From: Polyangiales bacterium
GTDB lineage: Bacteria; Myxococcota_A; Polyangia; Polyangiales; Houyiibacteriaceae
Assembly: GCA_045106895.1 (NCBI GenBank)
Contig: JBGCFM010000082.1
Coordinates: forward strand, 1-64,000
DNA: 64,000 bases
Direction of reading: 5' to 3'
Both the position numbers and the translations under genes were made by a program. The notes beneath the pieces were generated by a model that saw nothing but the letters and a program-made list of their open reading frames with translations, was not told the DNA's origin and ran no database searches. Shown here piece after piece: positions 16,776 to 28,274 of this stretch (positions within the stretch are counted from its first letter, which is position 1; each line of letters opens with the position of its first letter).

Positions 16776-18749
16776 CTAGTCGACCCAGCGGACCAGGTCC
16801 AGCATGAGGCCGATCAAGATAATTCGATAGCCGCGGCGTTCATCATTTTCGCGGTAGAGAGTCTCTGCGAGGAGCGGAAGAAGGACCGGCTTCTTCGCTT
16901 CTTCAAGCAACTCGAGGAGCGGAGGCGGAAGTGCGTTTTCCATCGCAAATGCGGGGAGCTGCGGAACCGTCTCAAGCCCCGACGTCATCCGGGCGGAGAA
17001 TCGTTGTTCTTCGAGGCCCTCCGCCAGTCGGCGCGATGCGCCTTCGTCGAGCAACTCCCACACATCGATGGCGAGGGGGAATCGGCTCGGCGGTGATGGT
17101 ACGCCACGATAGAACTCTGCGTTGCCCGCGGTCCACGTAAAGAGGTCGAGGATCTTCTCGCGCACCTGAGTCGCGATGTGCTGGAAGAGGTGGACTGGCT
17201 CTACCAGCCCAAGGCTCACGAGGGTGTCGCCGAGTCGGCCGTCGAAGCGGGGAAGCACCGCCAACGCCATGTCGAGCTCGCCGCGCGAGATCACGCTTCG
17301 CGCAACCAAGAACTCTCCGAGCATTTCACCGGCAAGGTTGCTCCCGACGAATTCAGGGATGCCATTTTGAACGTAGACTTCTTTGCGCGCGCCCCCTTGC
17401 TCACAAAGCCAGAGTCCGGTCTCCCGTGCGGCGGCGGTCTCCGCGAGACCGCGGGCGAAACCTCCGCCCGCAAAGTTGCGCCGCATGTCCGGCTCTTGGG
17501 CGACGCGCGCGTCCATCGTGAGCGGGGTCAACGTGGCCATGGGCAGATGACGTAGCAACATCGGCAGGTCGCGAACCAAGCGAGCAGGCGCGCCGCCGAT
17601 GCTTACGCGATCACCCGCACCGACTTTGCCAGTGGTCAGAGCTTCGACCAGTTCAGCGAAGCTCCACGGACCCGCGCGTTCGCTGCCGATGTAGACGTCG
17701 TAGGTGATCGTTGGCAGGTCTGCCGTGACCGCCTCTGGGAATACGTCGTCGACGCGAGGCGTCAGATGATGGTCTGGCGGGGGCTCGACGGACACCCGTG
17801 GAGTCAGCTGCCCAACGACGTCCAGACCGGAAGCCATACGCACGAGACCCGCAAGTTCAGCTTGCGCCACCGCGTCGTTGCTCCGCTGATGTGGGGCGAG
17901 AAGCGCGGAGAGCCCCGCAGCCGTCTTTACGCGTTCAGCGGGGTCTGCCTCGAGGGCGGAAGCGATGGACTGCTTCAGGTCATCGTCGATGGGCAGCGCG
18001 AGAAACGGGGCGATGCTTCCATCCCGAATCGCCAGGAGGATGGCCAGCTCGCTACCGCCGCTGAAGAGCTCGCGCCCGAGGAGAAGCTCCGCCGCCACGA
18101 CCCCCGCCGCGAACACATCCGCTCGACCATCGACGACTCCTCCGGTGACTTGTTCGGGCGAGAGGTACCCGAGTTTTCCCTTCGCTCGGGCAGAGCGGGG
18201 ACCCGCCGACAAGGACGCACGCTGCGCGCGGGCGATGCCAAAGTCACCGAGCTTCACTTCACCATGAACGGAGAGCAGGACGTTCGACGGACTAACGTCG
18301 CGGTGCATGATTCCGAGAGGTTGGCCGTCGCCATCCACGGCGGTGTGCACGGCGTTGAGCCCGTCGAGGAGCTGTCGAATCACGAACATGCTTAGATCGA
18401 CGCCCAGCGCCTTGCCTTCACGTCGCAACCACCGCATCAGGCGCCAAAGATCGCACCCCGGTACATATTCCAGAACCAAGTAGGGGGTGGTGTCGTCTTT
18501 GCCCGCGCCGATGAACTCCACGACGTTCGGGTGATTGACCCGGGCGCCGAGCCGCGCTTCCTCGTCAAACATCTTTGGTCCGCTCTCTTCGGCGGCGATG
18601 TGCGGAAGCATGCGTTTGACGACGACGACGCGGGACTCCCCGGCGCTCTGCGGTGCCCGCGCGCGGTATAGCTCGGCCATACCGCCGACGGCCAGCCTGT
18701 CGACGAGCTCATACGGGCCAAGGCGCTTGGGCTTGGACGCTTCCTCCAC
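16776..18749 (-). CDS. Ser/Thr protein kinase with GYF_2-like and DUF4388-like C-terminal domains
   Basis: GGMAELY, HRDVSPSN, DFG and GKLGYLSPEQ kinase motifs; later GPWSFAEL and RLGDTLV. Start is uncertain (ORF open to 18878). Confidence 0.88.
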   Translation of the reverse strand: MEEASKPKRLGPYELVDRLAVGGMAELYRARAPQSAGESRVVVVKRMLPHIAAEESGPKMFDEEARLGARVNHPNVVEFIGAGKDDTTPYLVLEYVPGCDLWRLMRWLRREGKALGVDLSMFVIRQLLDGLNAVHTAVDGDGQPLGIMHRDVSPSNVLLSVHGEVKLGDFGIARAQRASLSAGPRSARAKGKLGYLSPEQVTGGVVDGRADVFAAGVVAAELLLGRELFSGGSELAILLAIRDGSIAPFLALPIDDDLKQSIASALEADPAERVKTAAGLSALLAPHQRSNDAVAQAELAGLVRMASGLDVVGQLTPRVSVEPPPDHHLTPRVDDVFPEAVTADLPTITYDVYIGSERAGPWSFAELVEALTTGKVGAGDRVSIGGAPARLVRDLPMLLRHLPMATLTPLTMDARVAQEPDMRRNFAGGGFARGLAETAAARETGLWLCEQGGARKEVYVQNGIPEFVGSNLAGEMLGEFLVARSVISRGELDMALAVLPRFDGRLGDTLVSLGLVEPVHLFQHIATQVREKILDLFTWTAGNAEFYRGVPSPPSRFPLAIDVWELLDEGASRRLAEGLEEQRFSARMTSGLETVPQLPAFAMENALPPPLLELLEEAKKPVLLPLLAETLYRENDERRGYRIILIGLMLDLVRWVD

Positions 18750-18872
18750 GCGCGAAGGATATACCGATGTTTGGCTTTTTGTCTGTGTTCTGGCCCCGAT
18801 GGGGAAGAAGTCGCTCTCTTGGACGTAAGTCGGGTTGACCAATGGCCGCGAAGAGCCTAGCTCCGGCACACG

Positions 18873-19325
18873 GTGCATCCTTCCAAACGCACGTCTACCT
18901 TCCGTTTTGCGGCTGTGATCGCCGTTCTTCCGGCTATGGCGTGCGCAGAAGAGAGCGCCGGCTTCGAGGGAGTACGCTTAGGAATGAGCGCAGCCGACGT
19001 CCGAAGCCACTTTCAACACCCCGGTGAGTGGAGCAGCGCGACGTCCCCAGTCGGGACCTTCAGCATCGACTGGGTCCCCCTCGACGCATCCGTTGATACG
19101 AGCGGACTCGTATCGATGAGCTTCGAGTTCCACCAGAGCCTTCTCGTCGCCATTCGAGCGACGCTCAATCCTGACCACCCCCTCGCTGACGATCGGAGTG
19201 AGGAGAATGCGGATGTTTTCAAATACGTCTCTCACGAGGCCGACGGAACGACGCAAGTGTTCTGGATTACTAAGAATTGTCCTATCCACCGCGAAGAGGT
19301 AGAAGCTCTCTCCGCTCATCTTTGA
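18873..19325 (+). CDS. Hypothetical lipoprotein
   Basis: Signal peptide ending AMAC; GVRLGMS..DVR motif. Confidence 0.55.
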   Translation: MHPSKRTSTFRFAAVIAVLPAMACAEESAGFEGVRLGMSAADVRSHFQHPGEWSSATSPVGTFSIDWVPLDASVDTSGLVSMSFEFHQSLLVAIRATLNPDHPLADDRSEENADVFKYVSHEADGTTQVFWITKNCPIHREEVEALSAHL

Positions 19326-19418
19326 CGCCTACTCCTCACGCTCTTGCTTGTCCCTGGGTCCAAAACCCAATAAAAGGGCGCCGCGAGCGGACCAAAGTCC
19401 TCAACCACCCACGGCAAC

Positions 19419-20096
19419 ATGCAGATCTTCCCACGGCAACTCAACCTACTGCCCCTGGCGCTGGCCGGCGCCGCTTTGGCGGGCGGAGCAGCCCTTGCTC
19501 TCGGCGTCTGGTACTACGCTTCTCCTTCCAACTTGCAGGTCGGCTACACGCCCGAGCAACCGGTGCCTTATAGCCACCGTCTCCACGTCGGAGAGCTCGG
19601 TATGGATTGCCGCTACTGCCATGCAAACGTCGAGGAATCCGCAGAAGCGATGATTCCTCCGACGCAGACCTGCATGGGGTGCCACAACGTGGTTCGCACC
19701 GAGTCGGAGATGTTGGCGCCCATTCGGGACAGCTGGGAGACCGGCGAGTCCGTCGAGTGGGTCCGCGTGCATCAGCTACCGGACCACACCTACTTCAACC
19801 ACTCAGCTCATCTCTACGGTGCGCTCAGCGTGGATGATGATGGCAATGAGGCACGTGTCGCCATTGGCTGCGAGACCTGCCACGGACGTATCGACGAGGC
19901 CGAAGTCGTCGGCGTCGTCGAGCCGATTGCTATGCAGTGGTGCCTAGAGTGCCACCGCGATCCTGGACCGAACCTTCGACCTGTCGAAGAAATTACAACC
20001 ATGGGATGGGAGGCGGACGAAGCATGGGATGCCAATGAGGTCATCCACGCCGCCGCCGTCAATCCACCGCAAAACTGCTCCGGGTGTCACCGATGA
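19419..20096 (+). CDS. actA: Alternative complex III pentaheme cytochrome c
   Basis: N-terminal TM, PEQPVPYSH and five CxxCH motifs. Confidence 0.93.
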   Translation: MQIFPRQLNLLPLALAGAALAGGAALALGVWYYASPSNLQVGYTPEQPVPYSHRLHVGELGMDCRYCHANVEESAEAMIPPTQTCMGCHNVVRTESEMLAPIRDSWETGESVEWVRVHQLPDHTYFNHSAHLYGALSVDDDGNEARVAIGCETCHGRIDEAEVVGVVEPIAMQWCLECHRDPGPNLRPVEEITTMGWEADEAWDANEVIHAAAVNPPQNCSGCHR

Positions 20097-23000
20097 GTCG
20101 CCGCAAACCCTACGATTCGCTTCACGCTTCCGAGGAATCCTCCCGCCGCCCAGCGGTATGGCGGAGCCTCGACGAGAAGTACTCCAGCGAGCGCGAAAAC
20201 CGCACGCGCGCCGAGGCCGAACTCCCTGGTGGGTTCATGAAGGGCCTCATCGGCCTGGGCAGCCTCAAGAAGAAGCTCGGAAAGTCCGCGCCTAGTGCGG
20301 AGGAGCTCCTCGCTGCCCAGCCTAAGGTGAGCCGTCGCGGCTTCCTCGCAGGAACCACGGCAGCCGCCGCGCTGACGCTTCCTGGCTGCGCGCGCCGTCC
20401 CGTTGAGAACATCGTTCCCTACGTGGAAGGCCCTGAGTACCAGCTGCCCGGCATTCCGATTCACTTCGCGAGTGTTACCCAGCGCGGCAGCGACGCGATC
20501 GGTCTCCTCGTCACGAGTCATGAGGGCCGTCCGACGAAGATCGAAGGCAACCCACGCCACGGTCGCAGCCTCGGCGCGACGGACCTTCGTGCGCAGCTCG
20601 CCATCTGGGACCTGTACAACCCCGACCGCTCCCAGTCGCCTGCGAAGCGCGACGGAGATGCGCTTGTCGACGCGACCTTCGCCGAGTTTGACGAGGCGTT
20701 CGCGACGCTGATGACGGCGCACCAACGAACGGGCGGCACAGGCCTCCGGGTGTTGATGCCACCGACGAACAGCCCCTCGGTTCTTCGGGTTCGTGAAGCC
20801 CTGGCGGCGCGGCTTCCGCGTGCACAGTTTCATCACTACACGTCGGTGGATGAGGACAACGTGCGCGAGGGTACGCGCATGGCCTTTGGCCAGCCACTCT
20901 CACCGATCTACAACCTCGCGGCTGCGGATGTGATCCTCGCCCTCGACAGCGACTTCCTCGGCACCGAGCCGGGGAGCGTTCGCAACGTGCGAGCGTTCGC
21001 GAGCCGTCGCCGCATCAGTGACCCTGAGACCCAGCGCATGAACCGGCTCTACTCGGTGGAGGCCACTCACTCGGTCACCGGCGCAAGCGCCGACCACCGC
21101 GTTCGCATGCCTGCGCAGGACATCGAAGGGTTCCTTCAGGCTCTCGCCGGACAACTCGGTGGCGGGCTCCCGGGCGCAGCCTCTTCGACGGAAGGCTACG
21201 ACGCGGACTTCATCGCTGCTCTCGCAGCGGATCTCCAGGGTGCTCGCGGTCGGTCCATCGTGATGGTTGGTCGGCGACAGCCACCTCGCGTTCACGCATT
21301 GGCCCACGCCATCAACGAAGCCCTCGGCGCCGTCGGTGCAGTGGTCGCCTACCAGACCGTCACCGACGCTCTGACGAATGGCCCCGAGAGCCTCGCTGAG
21401 CTGGCGAGCGCGACGGACGTGGAGACTTTGTTGGTGCTTGGCGGAAACCCCGTCTACGACGCTCCAGCCGATGTCGACATCGAAGGCCTTCTTGCCCGAG
21501 ACGGAGTCACTTCGATTCACCTCAGCGAGAGCCGCGATGAGACCACGCAGCGCTGCAGCTGGCATGTACCGATGGCGCATGAGCTCGAAACTTGGGGCGA
21601 CCAGCGTGCCGCTGATGGAGCCGTTGCCGTTCAGCAGCCGCTGATTCAGCCCATCTGGGGCGGACGAAGCCCGCTTGAGATCCTTGCGAAGGCCGCTGGC
21701 GAACGTAACTGGCGTGGCCACTACGTTGTTCGCAAGACCTTCCGCGAACGCTTCGGCGGAGGCGCAGGGTTTGACTCTCGTTGGCGTCAGGCGCTGCACA
21801 TCGGCGTCATCGCCGGAAGCATGACGCGCCCGGTTCGTCCGGCGCTCCAGCCCGACGCCATCGCCACGGCATTCGCCGGCGCGGAGCGTCCAGAGGCGGT
21901 CGGTGCGAACAACTTCGAAATCGTGTTCGCGCCTGCTCACCATCTCTTCGATGGTCGCTACTCGAACAATCTTTGGGCTCTCGAGGCGCCGGATCCAATG
22001 ACGAAGCTCGTCTGGGACAACGCCGCTATCATGAGCAAGGGCACGATGGATGAGCTCGGCCTCCGCGACGGTGCGATGGTCCGGCTCGCCAAGGGCGACG
22101 CGCAGGTCGAGATGCCTGCCTACGCGCTTCCTGGTCACGCGGACCACAGCATTACGCTCAACCTCGGTTGGGGACGCAGTGCCGCTGGCCGCTACGGCAG
22201 TGTGAAAGAGTGGGACGGTCTCGGGCCTGGTCTCGGCATCGAACGCAGCTGGATGTCCGGCGGCTTCGACGTGCACCCACTCCGTAGCTCCGACGGCTTC
22301 TACTTCACCAACGGCGTGAGCGTCACGGCCACCGGCGACGACTACTGGTTGGTCACGACCCAGAACCATGACTTCATGGAAGGTCGACCCATCGCCATTG
22401 ACGCGACGTTGGACGAATACCGAGCCGAGCCGGAGTTCGCTTCCTACCGAACCGTGGAGATGAACGTTCCACCGCTCTGGGAGCAGGTGGACTACTCGCC
22501 GCACGAAGTGGCAACGGGCCGAATTCTCCACAAGTGGGGCATGGTCATTGACCTGAGCACCTGCGTGGGTTGCAACGCCTGCAGCGTGGCCTGCCAAGCT
22601 GAGAACAACATCCCGGCCGTCGGCAAGCAGGAGACTGCACGTGGCCGCCACATGTCTTGGCTGCGCATTGACCGCTACTTCATCGGAACGGACGACGAGC
22701 CCGCCGTCGCGCTTCAGCCCATCGGCTGCCAGCACTGCGAAGAGGCTCCCTGCGAGAACGTCTGCCCCGTCAACGCGACGGTTCACAGCCCTGAGGGTCT
22801 CAACGATATGGCGTACAATCGCTGCATCGGAACGCGTTACTGCGCGAATAACTGCCCCTACAAGGTTCGCCGCTTCAACTACCTCGACTGGCACAGCCAC
22901 CTCGACGACCCATGGACGATGCACGGCAACTTCCCGGACTCGCGTAAGCTCCAGTTCAATCCGAACGTCACCGTTCGTATGCGCGGTGTCATGGAGAAGT

Positions 23001-23299
23001 GCTCCTACTGCACGCAGCGTATTCAGGAAGCCGGCTACGCAGCACACAGGGCACACCGCGAGATTCGCGACGGTGATATCGTCACAGCGTGTCAGCAGGT
23101 TTGTCCCGCTGAGGCCATCGTCTTCGGCGACCTCAACGACCCTGAGAGCCGCGTCTCCAAGGCCGACGAGACCAATCGTCGCTACAAGCTACTCGCCGAA
23201 ATCGGCACCCGTCCTCGAACAACGTTCTTGGGCAAGATTCGAAACCCGAACCCCGCGCTGGAATCTGAAACCGATTCGCACGAAGGGGAGGCACACTGA
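20093..23299 (+). CDS. actB: Alternative complex III ActB (molybdopterin-oxidoreductase-like plus Fe-S domains)
   Basis: Tat motif SRRGFL; Fe-S motifs [32 protein letters not shown] and EKCSYC. Confidence 0.95.
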   Translation: MSRRKPYDSLHASEESSRRPAVWRSLDEKYSSERENRTRAEAELPGGFMKGLIGLGSLKKKLGKSAPSAEELLAAQPKVSRRGFLAGTTAAAALTLPGCARRPVENIVPYVEGPEYQLPGIPIHFASVTQRGSDAIGLLVTSHEGRPTKIEGNPRHGRSLGATDLRAQLAIWDLYNPDRSQSPAKRDGDALVDATFAEFDEAFATLMTAHQRTGGTGLRVLMPPTNSPSVLRVREALAARLPRAQFHHYTSVDEDNVREGTRMAFGQPLSPIYNLAAADVILALDSDFLGTEPGSVRNVRAFASRRRISDPETQRMNRLYSVEATHSVTGASADHRVRMPAQDIEGFLQALAGQLGGGLPGAASSTEGYDADFIAALAADLQGARGRSIVMVGRRQPPRVHALAHAINEALGAVGAVVAYQTVTDALTNGPESLAELASATDVETLLVLGGNPVYDAPADVDIEGLLARDGVTSIHLSESRDETTQRCSWHVPMAHELETWGDQRAADGAVAVQQPLIQPIWGGRSPLEILAKAAGERNWRGHYVVRKTFRERFGGGAGFDSRWRQALHIGVIAGSMTRPVRPALQPDAIATAFAGAERPEAVGANNFEIVFAPAHHLFDGRYSNNLWALEAPDPMTKLVWDNAAIMSKGTMDELGLRDGAMVRLAKGDAQVEMPAYALPGHADHSITLNLGWGRSAAGRYGSVKEWDGLGPGLGIERSWMSGGFDVHPLRSSDGFYFTNGVSVTATGDDYWLVTTQNHDFMEGRPIAIDATLDEYRAEPEFASYRTVEMNVPPLWEQVDYSPHEVATGRILHKWGMVIDLSTCVGCNACSVACQAENNIPAVGKQETARGRHMSWLRIDRYFIGTDDEPAVALQPIGCQHCEEAPCENVCPVNATVHSPEGLNDMAYNRCIGTRYCANNCPYKVRRFNYLDWHSHLDDPWTMHGNFPDSRKLQFNPNVTVRMRGVMEKCSYCTQRIQEAGYAAHRAHREIRDGDIVTACQQVCPAEAIVFGDLNDPESRVSKADETNRRYKLLAEIGTRPRTTFLGKIRNPNPALESETDSHEGEAH

Positions 23300-24762
23300 T
23301 GGCAAGCGCATCGGCACCCATCGAAGAACTCGGCGAGCGCTCCCTGCTGCCGCCGGGCACAACGTTCAACGACATCACTGAGGCCGTTGCGGGCATCACA
23401 GAGACCAAGGCCCCTCGAGGCTGGTGGATTCTGTTCATCCCGTCCCTCGCGCTCCTCGGCTTGATGGTCTCTTGCATCGCCTACCTCGTCACCATGGGTG
23501 TCGGCGTTTGGGGCAACAACGCTCCGGCTTACTGGGCTTGGGACATCACCAACTTCGTTTGGTGGATCGGTATCGGCCACGCCGGAACGCTCATCAGCGC
23601 CATTCTCTTCCTCTTCAGGCAGAACTGGAGGACGAGTATCAACCGCTTCGCGGAGGCGATGACGGTGTTCGCGGTCTTGTGCGCCGCGGTCTTCCCGGCG
23701 CTTCATACGGGGCGTCCGTGGTTCGACTACTATCTCTTCCCCATCCCCAATCAGATGGCGCTCTGGCCGAACTTCAAGTCGCCACTCATGTGGGATGTGT
23801 TCGCCGTCAATACCTACCTGACCATCTCGGTCATCTTCTGGTACGTCGGCCTGATTCCCGACCTCGCGACGCTTCGCGACCGAAGCACCACGACGATGCG
23901 TCGACGCATCTACGGGTTCCTCGCCCTCGGTTGGCGCGGCAGTCACCGACACTGGCAGCACTACGAGCGCGCGTACCTCATCTTCGCAGGTATCTCGACG
24001 CCTCTCGTTCTCTCGGTTCACTCCGTCGTTAGTTTTGACTTCGCGACGAGTGTCATCCCAGGCTGGCACACGACCATCTTCCCTCCGTACTTCGTCGCCG
24101 GCGCCGTCTTCAGTGGCTTCGCCTTGGTGCTGACGCTGATGCTCATCGTGCGCACCATCTTCAAGCTTCATCACTTGGTGACGCTCAAGCACCTCGACCT
24201 CATGAACAAGTTCATGCTCGGTACGGGCATGCTCGTTGGTTACGCCTACGCGATGGAGTTCTTCGTCGCTTGGTACTCGGGCAACCCATACGAGTCCTGG
24301 GTCTTCTTCCATAACCGCCTCGGCTTCGGCGCGCTCGACTCCAACGGCAACTGGGGACCTCTCTGGTGGGCGTACTGGGCGATGATTTCCTGCAACGTGC
24401 TCGCGCCCCAGTTCTTCTGGTTCAAGCGCTTCCGCACAAGCGTTCCTGCGATGTTCATCATCACCATCTTCATCAACATCGGCATGTGGTTCGAGCGCTT
24501 CGTCATCATCGTGACAAGCCTCTACCGAGACTTCTTGCCTAGTTCGTGGGGCGACTTTGCTCCGACCTGGATCGACATCGGTCTGTACGTCGGAACGTTC
24601 GGTCTCTTCATGACTCTCTTCCTTCTCTTCATCCGATGGATCCCAATGATTGCCATCGCTGAGTTGAAGGCCACGCTGCCCCACGCGCATCCGCACGTTG
24701 AGCACGACGAACACCCGAGCGGCCATTCCCTGGCTTCCGAAGAACCAGCACCGGCGGAGTGA
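23299..24762 (+). CDS. actC: Alternative complex III ActC (NrfD/PsrC family)
   Basis: [27 protein letters not shown] and HSVVSFDF motifs. Confidence 0.95.
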   Translation: MASASAPIEELGERSLLPPGTTFNDITEAVAGITETKAPRGWWILFIPSLALLGLMVSCIAYLVTMGVGVWGNNAPAYWAWDITNFVWWIGIGHAGTLISAILFLFRQNWRTSINRFAEAMTVFAVLCAAVFPALHTGRPWFDYYLFPIPNQMALWPNFKSPLMWDVFAVNTYLTISVIFWYVGLIPDLATLRDRSTTTMRRRIYGFLALGWRGSHRHWQHYERAYLIFAGISTPLVLSVHSVVSFDFATSVIPGWHTTIFPPYFVAGAVFSGFALVLTLMLIVRTIFKLHHLVTLKHLDLMNKFMLGTGMLVGYAYAMEFFVAWYSGNPYESWVFFHNRLGFGALDSNGNWGPLWWAYWAMISCNVLAPQFFWFKRFRTSVPAMFIITIFINIGMWFERFVIIVTSLYRDFLPSSWGDFAPTWIDIGLYVGTFGLFMTLFLLFIRWIPMIAIAELKATLPHAHPHVEHDEHPSGHSLASEEPAPAE

Positions 24763-25577
24763 ACGACATGTCGGACAACAAGAAAAACAAACAGACATTG
24801 GTCGGCATGGGAGCTCCCACGGCCGAAGAAATCGCCGCTGACGCTGCCGAGAAGGCAGAGGAAGTAGCGGAGGCCAAAGCGGCTGAAGCTGAGGAGGCCA
24901 CTGAAGCGGCCCATGCGGCGGCGGACTCTGAGCCACCCGAGTCAGAAGACGAAGACGAGTCAGAAGACGAGGAAGCACCAACGGCGGCGGCGAAGGCGGA
25001 CGATTCGTCCGACGACGACGACGACGACGAACCCGAGTCCAAGCGACCTGCTCTCTACCTTGCGGAGTACGAAACTCCGGAGGCTCTCCACCACGCCGCC
25101 TGCCAGGTTCGTGATGAAGGATTTGAGAACTGGGACTGCCACACACCGTACCCGGTGCACGGCCTTGACGACGCGATGGGGCTGCCTCCCACGAAAATCG
25201 GCGTCATCAGCTTTATCCACGCCGTGATCGGTCTCACGACCGCCGTCCTGATGATTCAGTTCATGAACAACTGGGACTACCCCATCATTGTTGGTGGCAA
25301 GCCCGCGGGCGCGTTCGCCCCGATGGTACCCATCATGTTTGAGTTGACGGTTCTGCTTACCGGTTTCGGCACGCTCTTCGGGCTGCTGCACCTCGCCGGT
25401 TTGCCCCGCCACCATCACCCCATTTTCGAGTCGGACCGCTTCCTGAGGTCCACCGACGACAAGTTCTTTATCTCCATCGAGGTAAAGGACCCCAACTTTG
25501 ACCTCAAGAAAACCCGCGAGCTCCTCGAAGGAACCGATCCTTCGCACCTCGAGCTTGTCGAGGAGGACTTGGTCTGA
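24759..25577 (+). CDS. actD: Alternative complex III ActD (DUF3341) with acidic N-terminal extension
   Basis: [15 protein letters not shown] and FELTVL motifs. Confidence 0.92.
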   Translation: MNDMSDNKKNKQTLVGMGAPTAEEIAADAAEKAEEVAEAKAAEAEEATEAAHAAADSEPPESEDEDESEDEEAPTAAAKADDSSDDDDDDEPESKRPALYLAEYETPEALHHAACQVRDEGFENWDCHTPYPVHGLDDAMGLPPTKIGVISFIHAVIGLTTAVLMIQFMNNWDYPIIVGGKPAGAFAPMVPIMFELTVLLTGFGTLFGLLHLAGLPRHHHPIFESDRFLRSTDDKFFISIEVKDPNFDLKKTRELLEGTDPSHLELVEEDLV

Positions 25578-26329
25578 TGCGTTTCACAATCACCAGCTTC
25601 CTTCTTCTCTCTGCGCTGCCGCTCACGGCTGTTGCCGGCTGTCGCGGTGGGGTCTCGGAAGAGACACCCGTGGTTCCGATTCGGAACATGTACAACCAGC
25701 CTCGGTCGGATCCGCAGTCTCACAGCGACTTCTTCCAGGACGGGCGAACCATGCGGCCCCCCGTTGAAGGTGCAGTCGCCCAAGAGATGCCCATCGACTT
25801 GACGGTTCAGTCCGGTCGAACGGCGGATGACACGTCCTGGCTCCTTGAAGTGCCAACGGCCGTTGTTCGCGACTTCTTGCCGACCATCGCCGACGACGAC
25901 TACCGCCGCTCGATGGAGACTCCGCGTCAGCCTCAGCGAACCTTCGAACAGTTCAACCAGGAAGAGCGCGCGGGCGCACGACTGGCGATGATGGAGCGCG
26001 GACACGAACGCTTCAACATCTACTGCGCGCCTTGCCATTCGGTGGCAGGCGATGGCGAAGGCCCAGTGAGCATGCGCGCCCAGTGGCTCGCGGAGACTCT
26101 TCGCGACCAGGGATCCGCGGGCCTCAACGCACCCACTCTTCACGATGACCGGATTCGCTCCATGCCGGACGGCCAGCTCTACGGCGTCATCTCGAACGGC
26201 CTGCGCAACATGCCGGCGTACTCCCAGTCGATCCCACTTGCGGACCGCTGGGCCATCGTCTCCTACGTCCGCGCACTTCAACTCAACCAGGCGTCGGCAG
26301 TGACCGCACGAAACGAGGAAGCACGATGA
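25577..26329 (+). CDS. actE: Alternative complex III ActE monoheme cytochrome c lipoprotein
   Basis: Lipobox VAGC, MYNQPR, CAPCH, MPAY and DRWAIVSYVRALQ. Confidence 0.92.
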   Translation: MRFTITSFLLLSALPLTAVAGCRGGVSEETPVVPIRNMYNQPRSDPQSHSDFFQDGRTMRPPVEGAVAQEMPIDLTVQSGRTADDTSWLLEVPTAVVRDFLPTIADDDYRRSMETPRQPQRTFEQFNQEERAGARLAMMERGHERFNIYCAPCHSVAGDGEGPVSMRAQWLAETLRDQGSAGLNAPTLHDDRIRSMPDGQLYGVISNGLRNMPAYSQSIPLADRWAIVSYVRALQLNQASAVTARNEEAR

Positions 26330-27735
26330 GCACGAGCGAAACAAAGCCGGCTCCCAAAGACTACCGAATGGGGCCAAAAGCCGGCGGCTGGCTCACAGCT
26401 TGGCGCGCACCTGCGGTCCTCGCTGGTGTTGGCGCAGTCGGTTCAGTGATGGCGTTTTCGGGTGACGCGTCCCGTTTTGGATACAGCTACCTGTTCGCCC
26501 TCATGGTCGTGTTGACGATGGTGTTTGGCGCACTCTTTCTCGTCATTATCCAGCACTTCACGGCAGGTCACTGGGGCGTCACGACACGTCGTATCGTCGA
26601 AGTTGTGATGAGCGGCGCGCCGCTGGCGGCAATCCTCGCGATTCCACTCTTTGTCGGCGTCGCAACTGGACAGTTCCACATGTACGACGAGTGGATGGCG
26701 GGTCATGGCGACCACGACGACCACGCACACGAAGGCCACGACGAGCACGAGGGTGACCACGAGCATGACGAGGCCGGTGGAACGACGGACGAAGCCGGCG
26801 ACGAGCATGGTTCTCTCCTGGTCCCGCGTACGGTTCACGCGCAGGAACACGCCGACCACGAGGAAGGCCACGCGCACACGCCCCAGATGCAGGCGCTCCA
26901 CCACGAGGTCCTCGCACACAAGTCCCCGTACCTGAACGTTCCAGGATGGTTCGCTCGCGCGCTTGTCTACTTCCTCATCTGGATTGGCCTCGCACTCTTC
27001 TTCTGGCGCAACTCGCGCAAGCAGGATGAGACCAAGGACCTGAAGCTCACGCTCAAGATGAAGGCGGCAACGCCTCTTGCGGCCACTCTCTTCGGACTGA
27101 CGCTCACATTTGCTGCCTTCGACTGGATGATGGCCCTGGAGCCTGCCTGGTACTCGACCATCTTTGGCGTCGTCATCTTCGCTGGCTCCTGTGTGTCGAT
27201 CTTGGCCTTTACATCCATGGTTGGCATGAGCCTCGCCAAGAACTCGTTGGTTGGAAACGCCATCAACACCGAGCACATCCACGACATCGGCAAGCTCCTC
27301 TTTGGCTTCATGTGTTTCTGGACCTACGTCTCTTTCTCGCAGTGGATGCTGATTTGGTACGCAGGAATTCCAGAGGAGGCCACTTGGTTCCACAAACGTT
27401 GGGATCACGGCGGCTGGAGTGTTTGGAGCCTGAGTCTCTTGCTCGGTCACTTCGTCTTCCCCTTCCTCTTCCTCGTCTCTCGCGTCGTGAAGAGAAACTT
27501 CGGCCTGATGGCGTTCGGTGCTGCGTGGCTTCTTGGAATGCACGTCGCCGACATCTACTGGTACGTCCTCCCCCAGGCCGGTCCTCTCTCGGGCAACCTC
27601 GGCGACATCGGCGCACTTCTCTTCGTGGGTGGAACGTTCTTCACCTATGTCTTCTTCATGCTGACGAAGGTCCCCTTGGTTCCCATCGGTGACCCCCGGC
27701 TTCAGCGCTGCATCCAACACCATCAGAGTCACTAG
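26326..27735 (+). CDS. actF: Alternative complex III ActF with His-rich insertion
   Basis: Polytopic; DWMMALEPAWYSTIFG and FSQWMLIWYAGIPEE. Confidence 0.92.
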   Translation: MSTSETKPAPKDYRMGPKAGGWLTAWRAPAVLAGVGAVGSVMAFSGDASRFGYSYLFALMVVLTMVFGALFLVIIQHFTAGHWGVTTRRIVEVVMSGAPLAAILAIPLFVGVATGQFHMYDEWMAGHGDHDDHAHEGHDEHEGDHEHDEAGGTTDEAGDEHGSLLVPRTVHAQEHADHEEGHAHTPQMQALHHEVLAHKSPYLNVPGWFARALVYFLIWIGLALFFWRNSRKQDETKDLKLTLKMKAATPLAATLFGLTLTFAAFDWMMALEPAWYSTIFGVVIFAGSCVSILAFTSMVGMSLAKNSLVGNAINTEHIHDIGKLLFGFMCFWTYVSFSQWMLIWYAGIPEEATWFHKRWDHGGWSVWSLSLLLGHFVFPFLFLVSRVVKRNFGLMAFGAAWLLGMHVADIYWYVLPQAGPLSGNLGDIGALLFVGGTFFTYVFFMLTKVPLVPIGDPRLQRCIQHHQSH

Positions 27736-27743
27736 GAGCCACG

Positions 27744-28274
27744 ATGGGATACGAAAAATCAGAACCGCGGAACATGGTGATTCTCATCACCGCCATCGGC
27801 TCAACGCTGCTGCTCTTGGGAATCATCCCGCTTTTTCACACCTATTACGACTCCATGTTCTTGGGTGAGTTCGACGACAAGGTTGAAGAATCCGGCGTGG
27901 GCGAAGACATTGCGTCCAGCCAGGCACGAGTGGACGGCGCGTCCGTGAGCTTGAGTGATGCGATGGAGCGGCTTTCCAGCGGCAACCGCCGGGGCACACC
28001 CGTGCAGCCCCGCGCCACCGACTCTTTTGACCTCGGCGAAGAAGAAGGGCTTACGAGCCTCGGCCCCGTCAAGGGCTGGTCGGCACATGAGCGCCTCACG
28101 GAAGAGGCGAACGCACGCGCCGCGATGCTTGAGTCCCGCGCTCGTGAGCAGGCTCGTCGAGACGCCGCAGCCGCAGCAGCAGCCGCCGCAGCGGCTGAGG
28201 GTGAGTCACCCACTGCGCTTCTGAATCCAGCACGTCCGATCATGCCTCGCTTCGGTATCCGACCCCCTCAATGA
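27744..28274 (+). CDS. Single-TM subunit at the ActG position
   Basis: One N-terminal TM helix; located between actF and sco. Confidence 0.55.
   Translation: MGYEKSEPRNMVILITAIGSTLLLLGIIPLFHTYYDSMFLGEFDDKVEESGVGEDIASSQARVDGASVSLSDAMERLSSGNRRGTPVQPRATDSFDLGEEEGLTSLGPVKGWSAHERLTEEANARAAMLESRAREQARRDAAAAAAAAAAAEGESPTALLNPARPIMPRFGIRPPQ

Noticed and set aside
20900..27732. Long antisense ORFs (718, 654 and 429 aa) opposite the act genes, and similar ones elsewhere
   Set aside because: Shadow ORFs expected from strong GC3 codon bias; they have no motifs and fully overlap well-supported genes.
28160..28200. GCA/GCC trinucleotide-like run
   Set aside because: Encodes a poly-Ala linker; not an independent repeat element.
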